Shown piece after piece: positions 10,932 through 19,833 of a stretch of 64,000 nt of DNA. The DNA is from Thermoprotei archaeon (GTDB lineage Archaea > Thermoproteota > Thermoprotei > Thermoproteales > B15-G16): positions 1-64,000 of the forward strand of contig QMRC01000008.1 in NCBI GenBank assembly GCA_003649205.1, written 5' to 3'. Under the pieces are notes generated by a model. It did no database searches. It saw only the letters and a list, made by a program, of their open reading frames with translations, and had not been told where the DNA came from. Each line of letters begins with the position of its first letter. The first letter of the stretch is position 1. Made by a program: the position numbers and the translations under genes.

Positions 10932-11486
10932 CTACTTCCTAACCTTTACAAAGCAGTAACACATGTCTCTACCCTTACACCTAAACTCAAGGACATCTCC
11001 CGTCTTCTCACATACGTACCTACTAGCTTCTCTAAAGGTCTCTGGATTGGTGAAGTCTGGATTTAGAGCTGACTTCACTCTGTAGAAGCCATACAGCACC
11101 ACTCCTCCATCCTTAGTAATTCTCTTGATTTCCTCAATTGCTCTATCTAGGTCTTCCTTCGGTATGAACATCAGTACGTGCCAGCAAAGTACCTTATCGA
11201 AGTAGTTATCAGGTACGTCCCCTAGATCACGTACATCACACTTAAATGCCTTGAATCCAATTAACTTACGTAGCTCCTCAACAAATTCCTCACATATATC
11301 ACACGCATAGACATCTCCCTTCGTAGCAGTACAGAGGAAAACAGTCTTGTGCCCCGTTCCAGCACCTAGGTCGAGAACCATCTCATTCTCTTCAATCATC
11401 TCAGCAAACTTCCTTACCTCACTCGGTACAGGTGCAGTCCTACGTCTTAGTGTAGGAGCAATAACTGGTTTGGCACTCAAGTACAC
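10932..11486 (-). CDS. Class I SAM-dependent methyltransferase
   Basis: VLDLGAGTG motif I, ACD, FD.V....VL.F, I.R..K.GG. Confidence 0.9.
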   Translation of the reverse strand: MYLSAKPVIAPTLRRRTAPVPSEVRKFAEMIEENEMVLDLGAGTGHKTVFLCTATKGDVYACDICEEFVEELRKLIGFKAFKCDVRDLGDVPDNYFDKVLCWHVLMFIPKEDLDRAIEEIKRITKDGGVVLYGFYRVKSALNPDFTNPETFREASRYVCEKTGDVLEFRCKGRDMCYCFVKVRK

Positions 11487-11542
11487 TCACCACAGTTAGT
11501 AATGGATTAAGGTACTAAAATTAGTTTGTTGTAGTGTAGCTA

Positions 11543-12028
11543 GTGATGAGTGCTCGACCTGTAGTCTGTACGGTGCTCTTCTATGTTGTAGCTTCGTTAG
11601 TTGATGTTCTAGTTGTTGAGTTCATCATTAGGTCGACCTCAGCGTGGAGCATAATAAGTTACTGGCACTCAGCACTAACACTACTTCTCATAACGACTCC
11701 TGCACTCATCTCACTAGCTACTAACAGCACCAAACCACTCATACTCGGGATACTCTACTACATCACATGTGTTGAAGACCTCATGTACGCACTGTGGTGT
11801 AGCCTACTTAGACTGTGGACGTGGGATTGGGTAGACCCGTTCTTCTCGTGGTACTGGTTAGATAAGTCACCATTTGTTAGGTTGATAGCTACTGTGCTCG
11901 GTCTACCTCACGTAACGACGCTGTGTCTATACATTTCGTGTGGTGTAGCAACTGTACTGACACTACTCATTGCAAGGATTAGAGAAGTGAGTGTAGTTGG
12001 GAGCTGTGCTAAGGTACGTTACCTGTAG
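11543..12028 (+). CDS. Multi-pass membrane protein ending RYL
   Basis: About 4 hydrophobic helices. Confidence 0.7.
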   Translation: MMSARPVVCTVLFYVVASLVDVLVVEFIIRSTSAWSIISYWHSALTLLLITTPALISLATNSTKPLILGILYYITCVEDLMYALWCSLLRLWTWDWVDPFFSWYWLDKSPFVRLIATVLGLPHVTTLCLYISCGVATVLTLLIARIREVSVVGSCAKVRYL

Positions 12029-12319
12029 CTAGACCTTGAGCAGTTCCTCAATTTCCCTCTCAATCATCTCCTCGATCTCTCTCTGTAGCTTTCTAATTCT
12101 CCTAAATGTTTCAAGCATGGATTTCCTCATTGTCCTCATTCTACTCTTCATCTCGTCAATGAGCTTCCTAGCCTCATCACCAGTAATCTCCCTACACTTC
12201 ATCTCCTCAAAATCAATTACAAAACAAATTCCCTTATCCTCTCTGCAGATCGTAAATACCTTACCCTCTACCTTGTAGAGCAATTCATCTGTCCTACCAT
12301 ACGTAACCATAGGAATCAC
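12029..12319 (-). CDS. Hypothetical protein with C-terminal coiled coil
   Basis: 96-aa ORF, E/R/M-rich helix. Confidence 0.6.
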   Translation of the reverse strand: MIPMVTYGRTDELLYKVEGKVFTICREDKGICFVIDFEEMKCREITGDEARKLIDEMKSRMRTMRKSMLETFRRIRKLQREIEEMIEREIEELLKV

Positions 12320-12368
12320 CAGTCATATTAAGAGTTAGGGTCACTAAATCTCTTAGCTCAAAACTGGT

Positions 12369-12659
12369 GTGGTGTGGAGCTTGAGCTTTAGGTTATTTCC
12401 ACTTGCAGTGAGTGAGGAGAAGGTTAGTGAGCATGCTGTCAAGTTAATTGAGCAGATGCTCATGCTGAAGTGGGAGAAATGGAGCATAACAGTTGAGAGT
12501 GAAGAGAAGATCGATGACAGAATCATCATAGTAACGATCTCAGTGAGTAGAGAAGTGTCGATACTGGATGAAGAGAAGGTAGCATACCTACAGCTAATGT
12601 ACGAGAAAGAGGGGAAGTTATTCTACTTAAAGAGAATAGAGGTGTTGTGGGTTAGGTGA
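12369..12659 (+). CDS. Hypothetical protein
   Basis: 96-aa ORF with typical codon usage. Confidence 0.55.
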   Translation: MVWSLSFRLFPLAVSEEKVSEHAVKLIEQMLMLKWEKWSITVESEEKIDDRIIIVTISVSREVSILDEEKVAYLQLMYEKEGKLFYLKRIEVLWVR

Positions 12660-12665
12660 TAGTTG

Positions 12666-15293
12666 TTAGATGTATCTCAATCTCTTGATTTCTAGTGTCT
12701 TCTTCAGTAGTAGCTTCAGTGATATGACTGTGATCACTACGATAATCAGTACCACAATCACTATGATTAGTAGTGGATACATCTCGACTACTGTCGGTGC
12801 TTTGGGTGGTGGTGATGGTGCTTTACCAACCTTGATCTCTGTACTGTATGAGGAGCTTACGTAGGTATCGTCTCCGCTAAACTCTAGTACTGCTGTTATG
12901 CTGTATCCCTTCAGTACTTCAAATGGATCTGAGGTGAAGTAACCGCTACTATCTGTAGTTGCTGTTAGATTTGCTACAGGTGTTCCATTGACTACAAGTG
13001 CTATTGTCACATTTCTATTCGGTACTGGATTACCGTAGTAGTCAAGTAACTTACCCTCAATTCGCACTAGAGCAGTAGTATTCATCTCCTGAACCACATC
13101 TACCTTAACGTCCTTAAACGCTGTCGGCACTCTGTACCACACCTTGAGCACGATATCAGAGGCATTCACCGTAATGACCCTAGTAGTTTCATTGTATCCA
13201 TCGAAGAAGCTGTAGAAGTCAAATCCATCGACATTCTTCGGCAACTTAATTACGTAGTCCTCTGGGTAGAGGTATGCTCCAATTACATTACCGCTGTACT
13301 CCGTATCATTTATGTAGACAGTAGCTGAGATAGGTACTAAGTTCCCGAGCATATCGTAGAGTTCAATTCTCAGTAAGTAGAGATCCTCTACAATGACCTC
13401 TGCCGTACTACTGAGTCTACCCTCAACTATTAAGCGATTGTCTACTAGGCTCCACGTAGCTGTTACATTCGATAGAACACCTATTCTTGTAGGTAGAGTC
13501 TGAATGTAGAGGACTACCCTAAATCCTCCCTCACCTGAGACAAGTACCTTCACTCTACTGTACGGGAACTTAGGTGACATATTCTCGTAGGTTATGCTCG
13601 CATTAGCAATAAGCTCCCTAGTCCCTCCTCTGTAGTCTATGAACTTCGTGTACGGTAGCACTACCGTTAGGTTCAAGTCCCTCAACAAGTTGATTACCTT
13701 CTTAACCTCTACATCTCTGTAGATGACCCTCACAATGGTTTCTCGCTGTGGAGGTACTGTGTAGAGTGTTGCATTGCTTAGAGTCTCCCACGTAGTTAAG
13801 TTGAGGAACTCTATAGTTGCATTGTACGGTATTCCAAATGGATTAAGTACGAGTACTCTCAGCATTCTTGGATCGAGAACAGTTACATTAGCTGTACCTG
13901 ACATATTGAGATCGAGGATTACTCTCTTACTACTTAGCTCAACAACTCTGTAGCTCACGTTACAGAGTACGTAAGGTAGCTTACTTAGGTTACAGTAGTA
14001 CACTAACCTATATGTACCGCTTCCACTCAGTATGAACTCAGCCCTCCTAGTTACGTTATCGAATACTGCTCTCACTACTGAGGCATTTGTTAGCCACGTC
14101 CTAACTCTACCTAGGTGATCAACTAGCTTCTTCATGATGGGTACTTTGATCTTGATGACTGGTTCTGTAACGCTAATGTTAATTACTCTACACCTAATAC
14201 CGTGTACATAGATGTAGACTGTCCAATTACCTCCCTCTACCTCAGTAACTATGTACTCACCTCCACGTACTCTCTTAACTACCTCTCCCGTAGTTGCATT
14301 CCTAATCTCCACAACGACATCCTCAACACGTGTAGTCTCATTAGCCTCAGTCAGTATGAGCACCTCAATTCTATTCTTGGCAACAGTTATGTTGATTAAG
14401 TACTCTCTAGCTCCGTGAACTGGCTTAATCACGTAGGTGTAGTTCCCTGCTACTGAAGGAGCATTGAAGGTGTAGTTGAAGAAACCGCTAGAGTCTACGT
14501 GCACTAGAGTTCCATTGATGTACACGTCATCTACAGCAGAGACATATGTCCCACTGTACACTACGTATCCACTAATCCACATAGTCTCATTTGGCTGTAC
14601 ATAGGTACTGCTCACAGCTAGGTTAATCACCTCAGTAGTATTTATGAAGCCTATAGCACCTACGTAGGTAGTCTCATTGACTAAGTTGTGGTACGTATCG
14701 TTGATGTACACGTAGACATCGTAGACACCAGAGATATTCCAATGCGGTACAATCTCAAACACCACAACTCCTCTACCGTACTTACCCTCAGCAGAACCCC
14801 CAACAAGACTTACCTGATTAAGTGGATCAGAAACCTCGTAGAAAGCAGTACCATTCCAAGCAATTGTAACATTCCCAAACCTCAACTCAACTAAGGTAGT
14901 GTAGTTCCAACCATGAGGATTCCAAAACGTCACATTCAACCTATGTACCTTCCCAGCACCTAAGTACACACCAGTTATAGGGTTTAAACACGTGAAGTTG
15001 AGTACCGTGAAGTTACCTCCATAAGATACATTGTATGAGAGAGAAACAGATACTAAGTAATTCGCTAGTGAAGTATCTGTAGTTACTTGAGCAGTACCCT
15101 GCACAGTACATATGCTTGTGTCAGTTGTCGTGTTTGCAGTTGCTACGTAGGTTGCATTGACACCCCATGCAGTAGCATTTATCTGATACACAACTAACTT
15201 AGCTGAAGAAGTAGTTACCTGAGCAATAGCAATAGAGGTTAGTAAACCAAGTAGAAAAAACAGTAGGGTTAAGAGAACACTTGTCTTTCTCAT
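12666..15293 (-). CDS. Type I membrane glycoprotein; paralog of 4303..6990
   Basis: Shared blocks YGGNFTVLN, PNET.WISGYVVY, YLINITVAKNRIEV, DYYGNP..NR, SGDDTYV; TM + basic tail ending RYI. Confidence 0.85.
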   Translation of the reverse strand: MRKTSVLLTLLFFLLGLLTSIAIAQVTTSSAKLVVYQINATAWGVNATYVATANTTTDTSICTVQGTAQVTTDTSLANYLVSVSLSYNVSYGGNFTVLNFTCLNPITGVYLGAGKVHRLNVTFWNPHGWNYTTLVELRFGNVTIAWNGTAFYEVSDPLNQVSLVGGSAEGKYGRGVVVFEIVPHWNISGVYDVYVYINDTYHNLVNETTYVGAIGFINTTEVINLAVSSTYVQPNETMWISGYVVYSGTYVSAVDDVYINGTLVHVDSSGFFNYTFNAPSVAGNYTYVIKPVHGAREYLINITVAKNRIEVLILTEANETTRVEDVVVEIRNATTGEVVKRVRGGEYIVTEVEGGNWTVYIYVHGIRCRVINISVTEPVIKIKVPIMKKLVDHLGRVRTWLTNASVVRAVFDNVTRRAEFILSGSGTYRLVYYCNLSKLPYVLCNVSYRVVELSSKRVILDLNMSGTANVTVLDPRMLRVLVLNPFGIPYNATIEFLNLTTWETLSNATLYTVPPQRETIVRVIYRDVEVKKVINLLRDLNLTVVLPYTKFIDYRGGTRELIANASITYENMSPKFPYSRVKVLVSGEGGFRVVLYIQTLPTRIGVLSNVTATWSLVDNRLIVEGRLSSTAEVIVEDLYLLRIELYDMLGNLVPISATVYINDTEYSGNVIGAYLYPEDYVIKLPKNVDGFDFYSFFDGYNETTRVITVNASDIVLKVWYRVPTAFKDVKVDVVQEMNTTALVRIEGKLLDYYGNPVPNRNVTIALVVNGTPVANLTATTDSSGYFTSDPFEVLKGYSITAVLEFSGDDTYVSSSYSTEIKVGKAPSPPPKAPTVVEMYPLLIIVIVVLIIVVITVISLKLLLKKTLEIKRLRYI

Positions 15294-15302
15294 GTTCTCA
15301 CA

Positions 15303-16106
15303 CTACGGAAACACTATCCTATACGTTACAGTTATACTACCCCCAGCAGGAACACTAACAGGTTCAGGAAGAACATCATAGAACATAAGTGCCTTAGCAT
15401 AATTATTGTTATCGGCGTCGTATGGATCAAATTGTAGTATTAAGCCAACTTCAGTTATATTTACGTCACTACTCGGTGAGTACGAAGCAGAGAAGACTAA
15501 AGTTATGTTACTCTCCGTCACACTCACCGTAGGAGTTGAGATCACTATCTCGACAAGTTCATTAGCTAACTTATATGCAGATCTGCTAAATGTAGCTGTA
15601 CCATTACCAAAAGCAATAAACCATCTATCTGACCGTACACAACACCATGTATCTTCATATGAGTAACTATCATCACTATATCCTATTTTTTTACTAGTAC
15701 CCCCTAGATCAACTACACTAGTAGAAAGATCACCACCACGTGGATCGAATATTAAAAGCAGTAATTTTGCGAAGTTTTCTACTGGTGAGTGCATTGAGTA
15801 TGTTCGTTTCAGTAGTAGCTTCCCGTATCTATCTCGTACCTCGACATCTATGAAGCCGAGAACCAGTGCATTACTCTTACTTGTCTTCTTCTCTCCCAAC
15901 TTCACAACTCCTTGAGTCTGCGTCATTAGGTGTGGTGTCACTAGGTACATACCCAGCACTAGACCTAGCACAAACGCAATAGACAGTATCACAACATCTC
16001 TCCTATTCACAGTCCTCACCACACTATCTTTATCAGAATAGATATTTATAATATGTTTCTTGATCTTGACAAGATAGGGATGATAGAGTAACTGCTTGCT
16101 TTTCAA
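15303..16106 (-). CDS. N-anchored tail/baseplate-like beta protein; paralog of 3588..4292 (true start probably GTG 16010)
   Basis: EVRDRYG, FGNGTAT...YKLANEL, VNITEVGL, LMFYDV shared with the 3588 ORF. Confidence 0.7.
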   Translation of the reverse strand: MKSKQLLYHPYLVKIKKHIINIYSDKDSVVRTVNRRDVVILSIAFVLGLVLGMYLVTPHLMTQTQGVVKLGEKKTSKSNALVLGFIDVEVRDRYGKLLLKRTYSMHSPVENFAKLLLLIFDPRGGDLSTSVVDLGGTSKKIGYSDDSYSYEDTWCCVRSDRWFIAFGNGTATFSRSAYKLANELVEIVISTPTVSVTESNITLVFSASYSPSSDVNITEVGLILQFDPYDADNNNYAKALMFYDVLPEPVSVPAGGSITVTYRIVFP

Positions 16107-16183
16107 TTAACTTCCTAACTACTGTGAAGTCTGAGTAAACCTTGAACAACCTAATGAAGCTTCGATTCATCACCTTCTCTTCA

Positions 16184-17005
16184 CTAAATGTATTTAGTAG
16201 TTCTTACTTCTACTATCTTCTTTCGTAGCTTTGTTAGGTATATTACAACTAGCACTACTAGTGCTATGATGACTGTGATTACTATTGCTATTGTTGTAGT
16301 TGGTACTGTCTTGATCTCTATGTAGTCTCCACTTGCTGTTGCTTCACCTTCAACAATAATTGCCTCACTTGGATCTACCGTTACTTTCGTTCCAAATGGT
16401 GTAGTTAAGGTCATGTTTGCTACGTAGTAGCTAAATACTGTGTGAGTACCATTGTACGTCCTTCTCCACTTCTCTAGCGGTACACTGAATGGTTTTAGGT
16501 ATATGAAGAAGCACTTAGCTGGGTTCAGCGGTATGTTATTGTAGATGAACTCAGTTGAGTTGATGTTAGGTGACATAGCTCTAAACCTAACGCAAATCGA
16601 CTTACCGAGCATTGTTGAGTTAGCCCTAACACCTATCTTAATTGTCATGGAGACATCGATCTTGAGCGTTCCCGCTGTTGGCTCTGTAACTGAGTACGAG
16701 AAGTCTAGTACCTCTACACTAGCATTCCTATACCCTAAATCTCTTGATAAGTGTCTACTCAGTACCTCACCTAGAATCCTCCTTACACTGTACTTAACAC
16801 TGAGTACTGCTGTCTTAAATCCAAACCAGTAATTCTTCTCAGTAGCCGAGACATTACTTATCGTTACAGTACAACTGTACTTCACAATAGCGTAGTCATC
16901 ACGTACCTCAATACTACACGACAATGCATATATTCTCACACTTGAGAGCAGTAGCACAATCAAGAGCACCGTCACTAACGCAACTCTACAATTCATACAC
17001 GACAC
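16184..17005 (-). CDS. Type I membrane protein; paralog of 40571..41356
   Basis: Signal peptide, C-terminal TM + basic tail ending KYI; PLEKWRRTYNG..T.F and ASGD shared with the 40571 ORF. Confidence 0.8.
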   Translation of the reverse strand: MSCMNCRVALVTVLLIVLLLSSVRIYALSCSIEVRDDYAIVKYSCTVTISNVSATEKNYWFGFKTAVLSVKYSVRRILGEVLSRHLSRDLGYRNASVEVLDFSYSVTEPTAGTLKIDVSMTIKIGVRANSTMLGKSICVRFRAMSPNINSTEFIYNNIPLNPAKCFFIYLKPFSVPLEKWRRTYNGTHTVFSYYVANMTLTTPFGTKVTVDPSEAIIVEGEATASGDYIEIKTVPTTTIAIVITVIIALVVLVVIYLTKLRKKIVEVRTTKYI

Positions 17006-17070
17006 CGAGAGATCTACATTGAGGGAGCAAATAAAGATTTAGCAAAGAACATAAAATCTACTGTGAGAAG

Positions 17071-17490
17071 ATGAGAAACATGCTATCGAGGTTGTTTAGG
17101 TACTTTGTGTACTTTAGGAGGGCTCATGCAACGTACTTTGCGTTTCTCCTAGGTTTACTGAATTTCGTTGTGATTCAGTATAGGTTGCTTATTGAGTATG
17201 TTCCACTTCTTAAGAGTCTCTTCCCAAGTATGCTCTACTTCACTCTAACCTTCATAGCACTGTACGTACCGATAGCTCTTGCTCTTGGTTGGTTTGACTA
17301 TAGGAGAGGTGTAGCTAGGAAGGAGCTACACATAGCTACTACTAGTAATCCTATTACTCGTGAGTACCATCTCGTGCTGAATGCTGAGTTAATTGAGTCT
17401 ATTGCTAGGTTGCTTGAGCTTCATGGTGAACATGAGCAGGCTAGGAAGCTACGTGAAGCGTATAATCAATTTAGGAGGTTGTTTAAGTGA
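17071..17490 (+). CDS. Two-TM membrane protein, first gene of the glycosylation operon
   Basis: Two hydrophobic segments; stop overlaps the GT4 start. Confidence 0.7.
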   Translation: MRNMLSRLFRYFVYFRRAHATYFAFLLGLLNFVVIQYRLLIEYVPLLKSLFPSMLYFTLTFIALYVPIALALGWFDYRRGVARKELHIATTSNPITREYHLVLNAELIESIARLLELHGEHEQARKLREAYNQFRRLFK

Positions 17491-18617
17491 TGAGAGCACT
17501 AGTAATACACTACTCACTAAATGCATGTGGTGGAGGAGAACGAGTTTGCCTATACACGATACGGGTACTCAATGAGTTAGGGCTAGAGGTAGATCTGGTT
17601 ACAGGAGAGAGAACTTCATGGGGTAAAGTACTTGCACTAACTGATGTACCTGTTAAGGTACGTAGAGAGTTCGTAATTGTGAGGAATCCAGTTAGGAAGT
17701 TGAGTCTATACGGTAAGCTCCTCACTAACTTCAGGATACTGAACCTACGTAAGAGGTATGACATAACTGTGAACACTAACTTCGAAGCTCTACTAGTTCC
17801 AGCAGATCTAATCTACGTACACTTCCCACATGCCATATACGTGAAGGGTGAGTACGAGTACTGGAGAGCATTTGGAAAGTACTACAGATCACCACTGTGG
17901 AGACTGTACTTCGAACCGTATAAGGTAGGTATGGAGTTTCTCAGTAGTGAAGTTAAGCGATGTCTCATGGTTACGAACTCAAGCTTTACAGCAGAGCAGA
18001 TACGTAAGTACCTAGGGGTTAACCCAATTGTTGTTCACCCTCCTGTTGCTGTAGGTAAATTCCTCAAGCTAGCAGATCGTGAGGATCGTGAGGACACTGT
18101 TGTTACGGTTGCTAGGTACTCTAGGGTTAAGAGGCTTGAGCTAGTACCACTCGTAGCATCTAGGTGTAGAGATGTAACCTTCGTAATTATTGGTTCTGCG
18201 TACTCAGATGAGAGTTATCAAGTACTTAACACATTGATGAGGTTGAGGAGGAAGCTCAATTTAAGGAACTTGAAGCTTCTCGTGAATGTTCCTGAGAAGC
18301 TGAAGCTAGGTATCTTGTCTAGAGCTAAGGTGTACCTACACACTATGGTTCGAGAACACTTCGGTATATCTGTGGTTGAGGCTATGGCATCTGGACTAGT
18401 ACCTGTAGTACATAGGTCTGGAGGTACGTGGACAGATGTACTTGACTGCGGTAGGTATGGTTTTGGTTACGAAACTATTGATGAGTGTGTTGAGGCTGTG
18501 TACAGAGCACTTGACAACTACAGCAAGCTTAGGGGTATCTGCGTAGCTAGATCACTTGAGTTTAGTGAGAGGAGATTTAAGCAGAGAATGAAGGTTATTA
18601 TAGGGAAGCTCCTATGA
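17487..18617 (+). CDS. Glycosyltransferase family 4 (GT-B fold)
   Basis: GGGERV, TNSSFT, VHPPV, ARYSRVK, EHFGISVVEAMASG (ExFG motif). Confidence 0.92.
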   Translation: MMRALVIHYSLNACGGGERVCLYTIRVLNELGLEVDLVTGERTSWGKVLALTDVPVKVRREFVIVRNPVRKLSLYGKLLTNFRILNLRKRYDITVNTNFEALLVPADLIYVHFPHAIYVKGEYEYWRAFGKYYRSPLWRLYFEPYKVGMEFLSSEVKRCLMVTNSSFTAEQIRKYLGVNPIVVHPPVAVGKFLKLADREDREDTVVTVARYSRVKRLELVPLVASRCRDVTFVIIGSAYSDESYQVLNTLMRLRRKLNLRNLKLLVNVPEKLKLGILSRAKVYLHTMVREHFGISVVEAMASGLVPVVHRSGGTWTDVLDCGRYGFGYETIDECVEAVYRALDNYSKLRGICVARSLEFSERRFKQRMKVIIGKLL

Positions 18618-19429
18618 TATCTGTGTTCATACTCGGATTCCCTAGAACAGCAACAACGTACCTATACAGGAAACTCCTTGAGAGGTTGAAGATACCATCC
18701 ATATATGAGCCATTTAATGCAGATGCAGTCTACCAAGCTGTTTGGACAGATTGTGTACTACATGATCAAGAAGGGTATGTCCCAAGTAATCTCCGACAGT
18801 TTCTACCATCTGACGTAGTTAATCTAATGATTGAGAACTCACTGTGGTTCTATGAGTGGAGTCTAGTCGATACACCACTATCCCCAATATGTGGTTTTCA
18901 CATGTGGGAACTACTGGAGAAGATAGATGCACTTGAGACACCATTCCTGATAAAGGACGTTATTGCTTGGGTTTACGCAGATAAGATAGTTGATAGGTTT
19001 CCACGAACTAAGTTCATCTTCACAGTTAAGGACTTAGATAGTGTGAAGAATGCATTTCTTGAGTGGTATAGGTACTGGTCATTCACGTCTAGATTTAGGA
19101 GATGGCTTAAGACCTTGACCTTGAGGAAAGTAGTAACGAAAGCACATAGAGTAGGACAAGCAATTACGAGACTAATTACCCCACTACCACAGACACATCC
19201 TCGAAACTTCTTCCTAGTAGGATTCTTCTACAGACACTTCAACAACTTCAACTACCCAAGGGAGAGAAGCAAGAAGACACTACTACTTATGTTGGAGACA
19301 GTGTACAGGAAGTACTGTGAAATAGTTAGTAGTGCTGAGGGTAGATCAAATGTCTATGTACTACACTTTGAAAAGAGGCTAAGTGATGAGTTAATTGAGA
19401 AAGTTATTAAGTGGATTGAGGAGTCCTAG
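18614..19429 (+). CDS. Sulfotransferase-family protein
   Basis: N-terminal PAPS-binding-like loop ILGFPRTATTYL, YEPF, KD, FPRTKFIF, late HFE. Confidence 0.75.
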   Translation: MISVFILGFPRTATTYLYRKLLERLKIPSIYEPFNADAVYQAVWTDCVLHDQEGYVPSNLRQFLPSDVVNLMIENSLWFYEWSLVDTPLSPICGFHMWELLEKIDALETPFLIKDVIAWVYADKIVDRFPRTKFIFTVKDLDSVKNAFLEWYRYWSFTSRFRRWLKTLTLRKVVTKAHRVGQAITRLITPLPQTHPRNFFLVGFFYRHFNNFNYPRERSKKTLLLMLETVYRKYCEIVSSAEGRSNVYVLHFEKRLSDELIEKVIKWIEES

Positions 19430-19832
19430 CTATCGGTCTTCCTAGGAATCCTCTAAATACTCCTACACCTTTAACACCAATGCCGAATTCAAATGCTGAA
19501 GCTATTATCTCCATTATGACAAGTCTCTGAATTGCTGGATCTTCCTTATTCAACCTCAAGCAAATACCCTTCTCCACATCACACATGTAGACATCGAAAA
19601 ATGGTCTACCACGCTTATACGTCCCCCAGCTACGGTGAAGAGCCTCGAAGTAAATTCTCCTTGCTTCTTGCCACAGTGGTGAATCTCTTCCTTCTTCACT
19701 AGCTCTCTTCATAAGCTCTGCTACATCCCAACAGTACGGTGCTGGGTAGTGAAGCTCTTCAGCACTTGAATTCAAGGGTAGATCCTCCCTACATATCACA
19801 AGCCTATACCTCGGTAACTCCCTTCCTTCCAT
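19407..19832 (-). CDS. Hypothetical protein
   Basis: 141-aa ORF directly downstream of the giant gene. Confidence 0.6.
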   Translation of the reverse strand: MEGRELPRYRLVICREDLPLNSSAEELHYPAPYCWDVAELMKRASEEGRDSPLWQEARRIYFEALHRSWGTYKRGRPFFDVYMCDVEKGICLRLNKEDPAIQRLVIMEIIASAFEFGIGVKGVGVFRGFLGRPIARTPQST

Positions 19833-19833
19833 G

